64,000 nt of DNA from Treponema sp. (GTDB taxonomy: Bacteria; Spirochaetota; Spirochaetia; Treponematales; Treponemataceae), in contig JAFLSR010000011.1 of assembly GCA_022510845.1 (NCBI GenBank), forward strand, positions 2,128 to 66,127, written 5' to 3'. Below the pieces are notes generated by a model. That model did no database searches, had not been told where the DNA came from, and worked only from the letters and a program-made list of their open reading frames with translations. This document shows, one piece after another, positions 17,733-27,584 of the stretch. Numbering within the stretch: position 1 is the first letter of the stretch; each line of letters opens with the position of its first letter. Position numbers and translations under genes: made by a program.

Positions 17733-19787
17733 TTACGAGCCATTGTTTGCGAGCATTTTCCGCATATTCGCCAAAATGTCTGCGGCTTTCTTTGCGTCCA
17801 CGGCTTTGGAAGGCTCGTGGTATGTCACCAAGTTCGCGGGGATTTCGTCCAAAAATCGCGAAGGCTCGCATTCTGCAACGCTTTGCATTTTGCGCCGCTT
17901 TTTGCATGATGAAATGAAAAGTTTTTCCCGAGCGCGAGTTATCGCCACATAAAAAAGCCTGCGCTCTTCTTCCAAATTGTTTTCGTCTTCTTCCAACGAG
18001 CGGGCGTGCGGAATGATTCCGTCTTCCGCGCCTGCGATGAACACCACGGGAAATTCAAGTCCTTTCGAAGCGTGAATCGTCATCAAATTGACGCTGCCTT
18101 TTTTTTCATCGTCGTCGCCGTCATCGCGATTTATGAGCGTGATCCGGTTCAAATAATCATAGAGGCTTGCCTCGCCTTCGTTGTCGGGGTCTTTTTCCCA
18201 AACCTCGATTGAGCGGATGAGACTTTCGATGTTCATGTATTTGAATCGCGCTGCCTTTTCGCTTTTCGGGTTTTCCAAAATCAAATGATCCCAATAATTT
18301 ATTTCGTCCACCAGCGCGCGCACTTTTTTTGCAAGGTCTTTTCCGCCGAGCATCGAAGAATTGTTTTCGATGATTTTCGTAAAGTCCTCCAAATCCGAAA
18401 TGGATTTTTGGGGAAGCGCGCTTTCTCCAAGCGCGAATTCTTCGAACGATTTTATCGTCTGCCACAGCGATTTTTTTTCTTCCGCCGCCGCATCGTTCAA
18501 AATGGAAAGGGTCGCGCGTCCGATTCCGCGCCGCGGCACGTTCAGGATTCTGCGCAGGTTCACGTCGTCATCGTGGTTTGCGATTACGCGAAGATAACTC
18601 AAAATGTCCTTGATTTCCCTGCGCTCAAAAAAACTCGTTCCGCCGCTCATCGTGTACGGAATGTTCGCAGCGAGAAAGGCTTCTTCGATTTGGCGGCTTT
18701 GCGTGTTGGCGCGCATGAGCACTCCGAAATCGCCGTACTTGAGGCCTTCTTCGGCGCAAAGTCCCTGAATCGATTCCGCGATGAATTCCGCTTCTTCGGT
18801 TTCGTTTTCGGGCATGAAGATTTCAATCGGCTTTCCCGAAACTTTTGAAGACCAAAGTTTTTTTTCCTTGCGGTTCGTGTTGTGGCTTATCACTCCGTTC
18901 GCCGCTTCCAAAATCGTTTCGGTGGAACGGTAATTGTGCTCAAGGCGGATTTCCTGCACGTCCGGAAAATCCTTTTCAAAGTTTACGATGTTTTGGTAAT
19001 CCGCGCCGCGCCAACTGTAGATGGACTGGTCGTCGTCTCCGACAACTGCGATGTTCGCGCGGGGATTTTCGTTTTGCTCGCCTGGAATTCCTTTCGCCAA
19101 AATCCGCATCATTTCATACTGCTGGTGGCTCGTGTCTTGGAATTCGTCCACCATGATGTATTTGTAGCGCGAGCGGTATTTTTCGAGCGCGTCCGGGAAT
19201 TCGCGGAAAATCCTTATCGGAAGTACGATGAGGTCGTCGAAGTCCACGGCGTTGTAAAGCTTCAAGCCTTCCTGATACGATTTATAAAGTTCGCGGTAAA
19301 TGTCGGTTTCCGCCTTCCATTCTTTTCGCCCCGTCTTGATGTCGGAAAAAAGAATCGCGATTTTATAGCAGTCCAGCGCGTCGGCGGACATTTTGAGTTC
19401 GCGCCCGCTTTCTTTTATCAACGCGATTTTGTCGCTTTCGTCATAAATCGTAAAATTCTCGCGCCAGCCCAGCCGTGCGATTTCCTGCCTGAGAATCTTT
19501 ACGCCGAAAGCGTGGAAAGTGGAGACGGTGATGTTTTTGAGTTTTTGCCCGGTGATTTCCTTTATGCGCCCTTCCATTTCCCGCGCCGCCTTGTTCGTGA
19601 ATGTGAGGGCGAGAATTTGGCTTTGCGGAATTCCTTTTTCAAGCATGTGCGCGATGCGGTATGTGATTACGCGAGTTTTTCCGCTGCCCGCGCCCGCGAT
19701 AATAAGGAGCGCGCCTTCCGTGGTGGTGACGGCTCGGAATTGCTCGGGATTGAGTTCGGCTTTCAAGGTTTCAAGATTCAGTGGCAT
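17733..19787 (-). CDS. UvrD/Rep/PcrA superfamily-1 DNA helicase
   Basis: AGAGSGKT, VDEFQDT, VGDDDQSIYSWRGA, NYRST, HASKGLEF, EERRLFYVAITRA. Confidence 0.95.
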   Translation of the reverse strand: MPLNLETLKAELNPEQFRAVTTTEGALLIIAGAGSGKTRVITYRIAHMLEKGIPQSQILALTFTNKAAREMEGRIKEITGQKLKNITVSTFHAFGVKILRQEIARLGWRENFTIYDESDKIALIKESGRELKMSADALDCYKIAILFSDIKTGRKEWKAETDIYRELYKSYQEGLKLYNAVDFDDLIVLPIRIFREFPDALEKYRSRYKYIMVDEFQDTSHQQYEMMRILAKGIPGEQNENPRANIAVVGDDDQSIYSWRGADYQNIVNFEKDFPDVQEIRLEHNYRSTETILEAANGVISHNTNRKEKKLWSSKVSGKPIEIFMPENETEEAEFIAESIQGLCAEEGLKYGDFGVLMRANTQSRQIEEAFLAANIPYTMSGGTSFFERREIKDILSYLRVIANHDDDVNLRRILNVPRRGIGRATLSILNDAAAEEKKSLWQTIKSFEEFALGESALPQKSISDLEDFTKIIENNSSMLGGKDLAKKVRALVDEINYWDHLILENPKSEKAARFKYMNIESLIRSIEVWEKDPDNEGEASLYDYLNRITLINRDDGDDDEKKGSVNLMTIHASKGLEFPVVFIAGAEDGIIPHARSLEEDENNLEEERRLFYVAITRAREKLFISSCKKRRKMQSVAECEPSRFLDEIPANLVTYHEPSKAVDAKKAADILANMRKMLANNGS

Positions 19788-19793
19788 TGGAAA

Positions 19794-19822
19794 ATTATAG
19801 CAGGTTTCGCAATGTTAGTTAA
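19794..19822 (-). promoter_or_regulatory. Extended -10 promoter, likely leaderless helicase transcript
   Basis: Minus strand TTAACT - 17 nt - TATAAT with TG extension; 6 nt to ATG 19787. Confidence 0.6.
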
Positions 19823-19895
19823 TAGCAAAAATGAAAAACCATTCGTCGCCGATTTTTTTCTCATCACTCAATTTTATTTTTCCGATAATTAAAAA

Positions 19896-21044
19896 GTGAA
19901 ACCATTTTTCAAAATCTTGATTTCGTTTTTTCTTGCTAACGCATTTTTCGCCGCGGCACAAGTTTCATCGGGCAATTTTTTGCTCGGCGTGCCGGACGCC
20001 TTTGCGGGGCTTTGGGAGCGGGACGACCGTTTTGTGATGTTCGCGGAAAGCGAGGATTTTTTGGAAAGCCGTGTGCAGGAATTTCTTTCAAGTCCCGAAG
20101 CGAGCGATGATGAAAAAAACGCGGTGCGCAATCAGGCGAAATACGTTTCGATTTTGCTGAAAACTTTTTACGGCTGGTATTTGGACCGCACGGCGGAGCC
20201 GGAATCTTTTTCATCCGAAGCGCGTTTTGTGAACGATTCGACTTGCCCCGAAGCCGAACGGATTCGAGTGGAGTTCCGCCCGCTTTTGCGCATGGCTGAT
20301 GTAGTCGGCGCGGATCAGGGCGAAGGTTCTGTTTGGGAAATTTTCATACGCTATCCCGGAGTGCGCGAGCCTGCTATAATTCCGCTTGCGATAATCGGCG
20401 GAAATTTGTATTTGAATTTCGCGATAAAATTGAACACTGAGAATGACGAAAGCCGTGAAGTTACGGACGATGAAACTGGCGAAAATCCGCCTGACGAACT
20501 TTTGGGATTTTGGTGTTCGCTCGTTCCCACTGACGGAGTGAAGGTCTCGCTTCCTGCGAGCGGCGAAAACATTTATTCAACCTACATCACGCGCGATTCG
20601 GTTTACACGATTCGATATTGGAAAACCGATATGGAATATTCGCAGGAGCGGGCGTTCTTTTCGGATGGCGGAAAAACTTTTTCCGTGGTGAAGCACATTC
20701 AAAGCGGGGGGAAGAATTTTTCTTGCACGAACGGACGCAGCGTAACGATTCGCAACGTGCAAAAAACAAGCGCGCTCCCGGAAGTCTACGAACTTGATTC
20801 TTCAGCCACAATATGCGGACTCGGCGAGCCGTATTTGAGGCGCGTCCAAAACGAAAACAGCGTTCAAACTGTGGCGCGTCTTGTGCGTGATGCGATGTCG
20901 AAAAAAGCCCCAAACCCAGATCCTCCTTTTCCGCCTAGCAACCTTGATTTTCACATGGAAGAAATTTACAGGCTCGAAGAGGGCAACCTCATAATACAAT
21001 CACTTCGCAAGCGAAACAAAGATTTCGGAAAGCTGTCGCAATAA
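19896..21044 (+). CDS. Hypothetical exported protein
   Basis: Signal-peptide-like MKPFFKILISFFLANAFFAAAQ; no recognised domain. Confidence 0.7.
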   Translation: MKPFFKILISFFLANAFFAAAQVSSGNFLLGVPDAFAGLWERDDRFVMFAESEDFLESRVQEFLSSPEASDDEKNAVRNQAKYVSILLKTFYGWYLDRTAEPESFSSEARFVNDSTCPEAERIRVEFRPLLRMADVVGADQGEGSVWEIFIRYPGVREPAIIPLAIIGGNLYLNFAIKLNTENDESREVTDDETGENPPDELLGFWCSLVPTDGVKVSLPASGENIYSTYITRDSVYTIRYWKTDMEYSQERAFFSDGGKTFSVVKHIQSGGKNFSCTNGRSVTIRNVQKTSALPEVYELDSSATICGLGEPYLRRVQNENSVQTVARLVRDAMSKKAPNPDPPFPPSNLDFHMEEIYRLEEGNLIIQSLRKRNKDFGKLSQ

Positions 21045-21077
21045 ATATCGGGTTTTGAAAAATCGAAGTTAAAATCG

Positions 21078-21142
21078 CCGCCGCCGCGAGTTTCCGCGAT
21101 TTCAGTAGCGCAGCGAAACTCGGCGGCAAGCCAAAGGCTTGC
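21078..21142. repeat. REP-like hairpin pair related to 11334-11414
   Basis: GCCGCCGCGAGTTTCCGC...GCGAAACTCGGCGGC followed by GCAAGCC-aaa-GGCTTGC. Confidence 0.65.
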
Positions 21143-21256
21143 TATAAAATGCGAGCCTTGCGAGCAAGCAAAACGATGGCAAAACATTGGCTTGCGTTTA
21201 AATCCCGCGTGCAAATCGGCAGTTTTTTTTCAAATTTTTGCGAATTCCTGAAAATA

Positions 21257-21354
21257 TTTGCGGAAAAACGCAAACGTATTTCCGCAAATAAATTTTCGAA
21301 TTACCGCAAAAATTCACGCCGATTTGCGGAAATAAATTCACGTATTTCCGCAAA
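21257..21354. repeat. Two TTTGCGG-N18-CCGCAAA units, 66 bp apart, upstream of ileS
   Basis: Units at 21257-21288 and 21323-21354; CGTATTTCCGCAAATA directly repeated at 21275 and 21341. Confidence 0.8.
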
Positions 21355-21481
21355 TATTTTTTGGATGTGCGTTTCGCGTTGATTCTTTACTATATAAATT
21401 TTCCGTTTTCACCAGTAGAACAAATTTTCTTTTTGTGGTATAATTCTTCAGCAAAGTATCTAAATTTTCAGGAGAAAAGAT

Positions 21482-24400
21482 TTGTATACGCCCGTTGATC
21501 CCAAAGCGGAGTTTCCGAAGCAGGAAGAAGAAGTCTTAAAATATTGGAAAGAAAACGACACGTTTAGGAAATCAGTTTCGCAGCGCGAAGGCCGCGAGGA
21601 ATTCGTTTTTTATGACGGTCCGCCTTTTGCCACGGGACTTCCTCATTTCGGGCATTTCATTCCCTCGACAATCAAGGACATAATTCCGCGCTATCAGACG
21701 ATGCGTGGCAAGCACGTTCCGCGAAGGTTCGGCTGGGACTGCCACGGGCTTCCCGTAGAGAACCTCATCGAAAAGGAACTCGGAATAAATTCCAAGCACG
21801 AAATCGAAGCATACGGAGTTGCGGCGTTCAACGAAAAGTGCAAGGATTCCGTCTTGAAGTACACTGCCGAATGGCGAAAGACGATTACGCGCATGGGACG
21901 CTGGGTTGATTTCGACGACGACTACAAAACGATGTCGCCCGATTATATGGAATCGATTTGGTGGGTGGCAAAGTCGCTTTGGGACAAAGGCTTGGTCTAC
22001 GAAGGAAAATACATCCTTCCTTATTGCCCGCGCTGTTCGACCGTTCTTTCCACGCACGAACTTTCGCAGGGCTACAAGGAAAGACAGGACCCGGCGATTA
22101 CCATTCGCTTTAAGGCGAAATCTTCCCCCGAAAAATTCACCGACGAGGACATGGATGCGGGCCGCGTCTATTTCCTTGCGTGGACAACAACGCCTTGGAC
22201 GCTCCCTTCGAATTTGGGTCTTACGATGGGGCCTGAAATCGAATATGTCAAAGTGCGCGACGTGCGCTCCGGCGATTTTTATGTGCTTGCCTCTTCGCGG
22301 CTTTCGGCGTATTACAAAGATGAGTCTGAATATGTAATCATCTATGCAAAAAAAGGAAGCGAGTTTTGCGGCGCGAAGTACGAGCCGATTTTCCCTTATT
22401 TTGCATCGCTTGAAAAATGCAAGGACGGCTCTGACGGCGCGTTCCGAATCTTCAACGCTGACTACGTTTCCACCGAAGACGGAACCGGCATTGTGCACAC
22501 CGCGCCAGCGTTCGGCGAAGACGACAGCAATGTTTTCAAAAAGGCCAACGAGGGAAAATTCGAAGACGGCATGATTCCTTTTGTCGAGCCGATTGACGCG
22601 GAATGCAAATTCACCGAAGAGGTGCCGGATTTTGCGGGCCGCTTCGTAAAGGACTGCGACAAGGACATTATGGATAGGCTCAAGCGCGAAGGAAAACTCA
22701 TAAAGCGCGACACGATTATGCACCAGTATCCGCATTGTTGGCGATGTTCTTCGCCTCTGATTTATCGCGGAATTGGCTCTTGGTTCGTAAAAGTCGCGGG
22801 GCACAACGACGCGCTCCTCAAATCGAATTCGCAAATCAAATGGCAGCCCTCCCACATAAAAGAAGGCCGCTTCGGAAAATGGCTTTCCGGCGCGCGCGAT
22901 TGGGCAGTCAGCCGCAACCGCTATTGGGGAAATCCGATTCCGATTTGGAAATGCGAAAAGTGCGGAGACGCGGTGTGCGTTGGAAGCCGAAACGAATTGA
23001 AGGAATTGAGCGGTGTCTATCCGGAAGACTTGCACAAGCAGTTCGTGGACGAAATCACGTTCGCCTGCAAAAAATGTTCCGGCACGATGCGGCGCATTCC
23101 CGAAGTATTCGACTGCTGGTTCGAGTCCGGCTCGATGCCTTACGCGCAGAATCACTATCCGTTTGAAAACAAGGAATACTTCGAAAATCATTTTCCCGCG
23201 GACTTCATAAGCGAAGGGCTTGACCAGACGCGCGGATGGTTCTACACGCTCACGGTTTTGGCGACGCATCTTTTTGAAAAGCCCGCTTTTTTGAATTGCA
23301 TCGTGAGCGGACTTGTGCTCGCAAGCGACGGACGGAAAATGTCGAAGTCGCTTCGCAATTATACCGACCCCGAGGAGGCGATTGCCAAATTCGGCGCGGA
23401 CGCGATTCGGCTTTTTTTGATGCATTCGACTGTGGTCAAGGCGGACGACTTGCGCTATTCCGATGACGGCGTTCGCGAAGTTCTGAAATCGATTTTGATT
23501 CCGCTTTGGAATTCCTATTCATTTTTCGTGACTTACGCCAACATCGACGGCATTGTCGCGACGGGACGCGAGTTCGAACGCTCGCTTCCGCAGAATCCGC
23601 TCGACCGATGGATTTTGTCCGTAACGCAGTCGCTCGTAAAGAACGTGAGCGCGGCTTTGGACGACTACGACCTTTCTGGCGCGATTGACCCGATTGTGGA
23701 TTTTATCGAGCAACTCAACAATTGGTACATCCGCCGAAGCCGCCGCCGCTTTTGGAAAAGCGAAAATGACGCGGACAAACGCGAGGCTTATGAGTCGCTT
23801 TACATCGCGCTGAAAACTTTCGCGCAGGTTTCCGCTCCGTTCATTCCGTTCGTCACGGAAAACATTTGGCAGAACCTCAAGACCGCAGACGATGCGCCGA
23901 GCGTCCATCTTTCCGATTATCCGCGCTGCAATGAGGCGTGGCACGATGAGGAACTCGAATTCAAGATGGCGACCGTGCAAAAGGCGGTTTCCATGGGGCG
24001 CAGTTTGAGGAATCAGTTCAACATAAAAAATCGCCAGCCGCTTTCTTCTGTCGCTCTCGTCACTCGCAACGATGACGAAAAGCGCGTGCTTGCCGAAATG
24101 GAAGATTCCGTGCGCGAGGAACTCAACGTGAAGCGAGTGGTTTTCCATGCCCGCGAGGAAGAACTTGTGGAGTACAGGGCAAAGGCGAATTTCCGCACGC
24201 TCGGAAAGGAACTCGGGCCTTTGATGAAGAATGCGGCGCAAAAAATCGCCGCCCTTTCGCAGGAAGAAATTCAGACCGTGCTTGAAGGCTCGCATCTCGC
24301 GCTTGACATCGATGGAACGCCTGTGGAACTCACGGAAGAAAAAATCGTCATCGAGCGAATTGAAAAGGCGGGTCTGAAAGTGATAAACGACGGAACTTTG

Positions 24401-24691
24401 ACCGTGGGCCTTGACACGAATGTTACGGACGACCTCAAAAAAGAAGGGCTTGCGCGCGACCTTGTTCGCGGAATTCAAAATCTCCGCAAAGAGGCTGGAT
24501 TTTCCGTTACGGACAGAATCGCATTGCAGGTTTTCGGCGATGAGGAACTTAAACGCGCGTATGAAATGTTTTCGGATTTCATCGCTGGCGAAACGCTTTG
24601 CGCGAAAATCGAATTCACTGAAAATGCCAAGGGCGGCTCGACTATCGAAGCCGATGAAAAAATATGGAGTGTGAAAATTGAAAAAGCCTGA
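21482..24691 (+). CDS. ileS: Isoleucine--tRNA ligase, type 2
   Basis: FYDGPPFATGLPHFGH, WTTTPWTLPSN, GRKMSKS, long type-2 C-terminus (RQPL, EGLARDLVRGIQNLRK); TTG start with AGGAG; extended -10 at 21436-21444. Confidence 0.97.
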   Translation: MYTPVDPKAEFPKQEEEVLKYWKENDTFRKSVSQREGREEFVFYDGPPFATGLPHFGHFIPSTIKDIIPRYQTMRGKHVPRRFGWDCHGLPVENLIEKELGINSKHEIEAYGVAAFNEKCKDSVLKYTAEWRKTITRMGRWVDFDDDYKTMSPDYMESIWWVAKSLWDKGLVYEGKYILPYCPRCSTVLSTHELSQGYKERQDPAITIRFKAKSSPEKFTDEDMDAGRVYFLAWTTTPWTLPSNLGLTMGPEIEYVKVRDVRSGDFYVLASSRLSAYYKDESEYVIIYAKKGSEFCGAKYEPIFPYFASLEKCKDGSDGAFRIFNADYVSTEDGTGIVHTAPAFGEDDSNVFKKANEGKFEDGMIPFVEPIDAECKFTEEVPDFAGRFVKDCDKDIMDRLKREGKLIKRDTIMHQYPHCWRCSSPLIYRGIGSWFVKVAGHNDALLKSNSQIKWQPSHIKEGRFGKWLSGARDWAVSRNRYWGNPIPIWKCEKCGDAVCVGSRNELKELSGVYPEDLHKQFVDEITFACKKCSGTMRRIPEVFDCWFESGSMPYAQNHYPFENKEYFENHFPADFISEGLDQTRGWFYTLTVLATHLFEKPAFLNCIVSGLVLASDGRKMSKSLRNYTDPEEAIAKFGADAIRLFLMHSTVVKADDLRYSDDGVREVLKSILIPLWNSYSFFVTYANIDGIVATGREFERSLPQNPLDRWILSVTQSLVKNVSAALDDYDLSGAIDPIVDFIEQLNNWYIRRSRRRFWKSENDADKREAYESLYIALKTFAQVSAPFIPFVTENIWQNLKTADDAPSVHLSDYPRCNEAWHDEELEFKMATVQKAVSMGRSLRNQFNIKNRQPLSSVALVTRNDDEKRVLAEMEDSVREELNVKRVVFHAREEELVEYRAKANFRTLGKELGPLMKNAAQKIAALSQEEIQTVLEGSHLALDIDGTPVELTEEKIVIERIEKAGLKVINDGTLTVGLDTNVTDDLKKEGLARDLVRGIQNLRKEAGFSVTDRIALQVFGDEELKRAYEMFSDFIAGETLCAKIEFTENAKGGSTIEADEKIWSVKIEKA

Positions 24692-25661
24692 AAAAAAATC
24701 CAGTTTGTTGTCCGCGCCGTTCTGCGCGGGGTTGCGTTCGCTCGCCAGAAATTGCGCAGTGATTGCCATGGCTGTCTTTGCTGTGGCGGCGTTCTCATCC
24801 TGCGCCTCGGTTTTGGGCGGCACAAGCGTAAAGGTGAACGCCTTCGACACGCTAGAGCGAGATTCGAATGCCTACATACGCATTCCCGTGAACGTTCATT
24901 CCGAACTCACGAACAATCTTTTGAAAGCCGTCATCGGAAGCGACATTTCTGAAAAGTATGTGAAGAACATCACCGACAGCATCGACATGATTTATCTCGG
25001 TGTCGGCTCTTCGTCAGACAAGGGGCGGCTGCAAGTCGCTTGCGACGGAAACATTTCCAGCGCGACTAAATTGGCTCTTTCTTCGATGGAAAATTGGAAG
25101 AAGGAAATCAAGAATGTGAACACTGCCGGAATGTACACGGTCTACACCGAAGCCAATTCCAAAATACAACTTTGCGTTCCCGGAAGCAACTTGATTTGCC
25201 TTTCCAAAAACTTGACGCCGCAACTCACGCTTTACGACAAGGAAGCGTCTTCGCAGGGAATCGCTTCGGTTTTGACCGGCAACACTTCGAACAAGAACGC
25301 CACGGAATGGAAGTCGAGCGAAGTCTACAATTTTGTCGGAGACACAAATACAAACAATGTGCGGATTTACATGGACACGCCGATTGCGTTTGTTACGAAC
25401 CTTTTGGGAGTTTCGCTTTCCACTTCGATTTTCCAACTGAATTTCTTGGAAGCGGAGTTGAAACTTTTGCCGACTGGAAAATATTCGATTGACATCGACA
25501 TGGAATTCCAAAAAGATGGGCTTGTTGCGAAGGCCGCGGCGTTCTTGAACGTGGCTCTCCTTCTTGCCGATTCAAAGGTTTCGATTACGGACAACAGCCA
25601 CCTCAAATTGAGCGGCATCCAAGTTTCGATAGCGCAACTCCAGAAAATGCTCTCTTTGTAA
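24678..25661 (+). CDS. Hypothetical lipoprotein
   Basis: Hydrophobic stretch ending in lipobox-like AFSSC. Confidence 0.65.
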   Translation: MKKPEKKSSLLSAPFCAGLRSLARNCAVIAMAVFAVAAFSSCASVLGGTSVKVNAFDTLERDSNAYIRIPVNVHSELTNNLLKAVIGSDISEKYVKNITDSIDMIYLGVGSSSDKGRLQVACDGNISSATKLALSSMENWKKEIKNVNTAGMYTVYTEANSKIQLCVPGSNLICLSKNLTPQLTLYDKEASSQGIASVLTGNTSNKNATEWKSSEVYNFVGDTNTNNVRIYMDTPIAFVTNLLGVSLSTSIFQLNFLEAELKLLPTGKYSIDIDMEFQKDGLVAKAAAFLNVALLLADSKVSITDNSHLKLSGIQVSIAQLQKMLSL

Positions 25662-25679
25662 ATTAGTTTGGGAGAAAGG

Positions 25680-26729
25680 ATGGCGGACGGAAAAATCATA
25701 CTGAAAGCCGAAGACCTTGACGGCTATCTCACATCTCGTGATTTGGAAGATTTGGCGCGGCTTTCTGGAATGTATGAAGAGGCGATGAAGAAATTCTCGC
25801 CGCTCGACACGCCCGCCATCATCGAGCATTTCGAAAAAATGGGACACGCGATGCAGGAAATCCTTGCCGCGCATCCTTCGATAAAAGTTTTTTCTTTTGA
25901 GACTAGCGAAGAGGGAAGCCACGCCGAGGCAAGTCGCGTGATTTCAAAACTGCGCAATGTCGAAACAGACACGCATGAATTCATCTACTACACGCAGCGT
26001 GCCTACGAAATGCTTTTCCGCCTTGCCTATACCGAATCGCATTCCAAAAATAAAAATTACATCGTTGTGCCCACGCCGGTAAATTCTCCCGTGCAAAATT
26101 TTTCTGTCCACAAAATCCCGAACATTGATTCTGAAATCGAAAATTCCGTGATGTGCGTGATGCTTCGCGGCGCACTTTTGCCGAGCATAATAATGTCAAA
26201 GGAAATCGAAGAATATTCTTCGCACGGCTACGTCACGCCGTTCGCGCTTTTTAAAATCAACCGTGACGACACCAAGGGCGAAGTGGATATGCAATACATC
26301 CTCGACTTGAAAAAATCCTATTTCAATTTTGAGGAACTGGACGGAAAGGATTTGATTTTCGCCGACCCGATGAACGCCACCGGCGGCTCCATCGTAACCG
26401 TCGTAAAATATCTTTTGGCGCAAGGCGTGCGCCCGCGTTCGATAAAATTCTTCAACATAATTTCCGCGCTCAAAGGCAGCCTACGAGTTTCGCGCGCGCT
26501 CGAAAACTGCACGTGCTACACGCTTTGGATGGATCCCGCGCTCAATTCTTCGGCGTACATCATGCCGGGCTTGGGCGATGCGGGCGACCGCTTGAACGGA
26601 ATGGACAAAAAGGAAAATCCGCGCAACATCATCCGCCTGATTGCGAATTACGGAAGCACGATTAACGGCTTGTACAGTTCGCAACTTTCCAAAATCGAAT
26701 CCGTGGTTTTGGAAGGAAGTGCGCGATGA
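25680..26729 (+). CDS. upp: Uracil phosphoribosyltransferase, long form with N-terminal extension
   Basis: MLRGAL, PRPP motif [12 protein letters not shown]-terminal [12 protein letters not shown]. Confidence 0.85.
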   Translation: MADGKIILKAEDLDGYLTSRDLEDLARLSGMYEEAMKKFSPLDTPAIIEHFEKMGHAMQEILAAHPSIKVFSFETSEEGSHAEASRVISKLRNVETDTHEFIYYTQRAYEMLFRLAYTESHSKNKNYIVVPTPVNSPVQNFSVHKIPNIDSEIENSVMCVMLRGALLPSIIMSKEIEEYSSHGYVTPFALFKINRDDTKGEVDMQYILDLKKSYFNFEELDGKDLIFADPMNATGGSIVTVVKYLLAQGVRPRSIKFFNIISALKGSLRVSRALENCTCYTLWMDPALNSSAYIMPGLGDAGDRLNGMDKKENPRNIIRLIANYGSTINGLYSSQLSKIESVVLEGSAR

Positions 26730-27373
26730 AAAAACACGAGTCGCCGAAAATGGATTTTTTTCGCTTTTCGAAAATTCTTGCAGGAATTTTTTTTGTGTGC
26801 TTGTGCGGTTGCAAAAGCACGCGGATTTATGTTCCGGGTGAAAAAAAGACGATTATCGAAAACATTTACGGTGAATATTACGCCATCGCGGACGAGTATT
26901 TCAAGATGAAGAATTATTCGAAGGCCGCAGAATTCTACACAAAGGCCTCGTCATCGGAAAATTTGCACAACGCCGCTTATTTCAACGCCGCGCGCTCTTT
27001 CGCGCTCGCGAAAAATTGGGACGAGGCGAAGAAAATCTATTTGGAAATCGAAGCGGCAGACGGCGAGAATTCCGAAGTGAAGCAAGGACTCGCATACATC
27101 TACGCGATGAACGGCGAGTTCGAAAAGGCCGAATCGTTGTATGAAAATCTGCTCGAAGCGAATCCAAATGTGAGCGAGGTTCTTGTAAATTACACGGTGC
27201 TTTTGCTCACGCAGGAAAAATATGACAAGGCTGAATCGTGTCTTGCGCAAATAAAAGAGAAATTCCCCGACGAAAAAAAAATAAAATCAATCCAAGAAAA
27301 AATCGATTCATGGAAGGAACAAAATTCTTCCGATGACGGCGCGGATATTCCCGATGAACTAAAATCGATGTAA
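26726..27373 (+). CDS. TPR-repeat lipoprotein
   Basis: Lipobox-like LCGC; TPR helices ([33 protein letters not shown]). Confidence 0.75.
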   Translation: MKKHESPKMDFFRFSKILAGIFFVCLCGCKSTRIYVPGEKKTIIENIYGEYYAIADEYFKMKNYSKAAEFYTKASSSENLHNAAYFNAARSFALAKNWDEAKKIYLEIEAADGENSEVKQGLAYIYAMNGEFEKAESLYENLLEANPNVSEVLVNYTVLLLTQEKYDKAESCLAQIKEKFPDEKKIKSIQEKIDSWKEQNSSDDGADIPDELKSM

Positions 27374-27584
27374 AAAACGCGACAAGTTTTGCACAACGAA
27401 GCCGCAATGCGAAGTTTCCAGCATATTTTCTTCACTGCCAAAAAATACGGAACGAGTTTGATGGGGTAAATTGATTGAAATGGCATACCCCATACGGGTA
27501 TGCCATTGTCGCGGCTTTTCAACGACTTTTGATTTTCAAAGTTTAACGAAATTTCGATTTCGGCAAACTTTGAAAACGCAGTTT

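Noticed and set aside
21360-21481. T-box riboswitch upstream of ileS
   Set aside because: No T-box bulge (TGGNACC) or stem I specifier motifs were seen, and the leader after the -10 is too short.
21572-23425. 617-aa antisense ORF over ileS (similar ones at 5128-6591, 18882-19892, 36035-37429, 40215-41246 and 58711-59850)
   Set aside because: Shadow frames of well-supported genes, with no motifs or own expression signals. They are expected from this codon usage.
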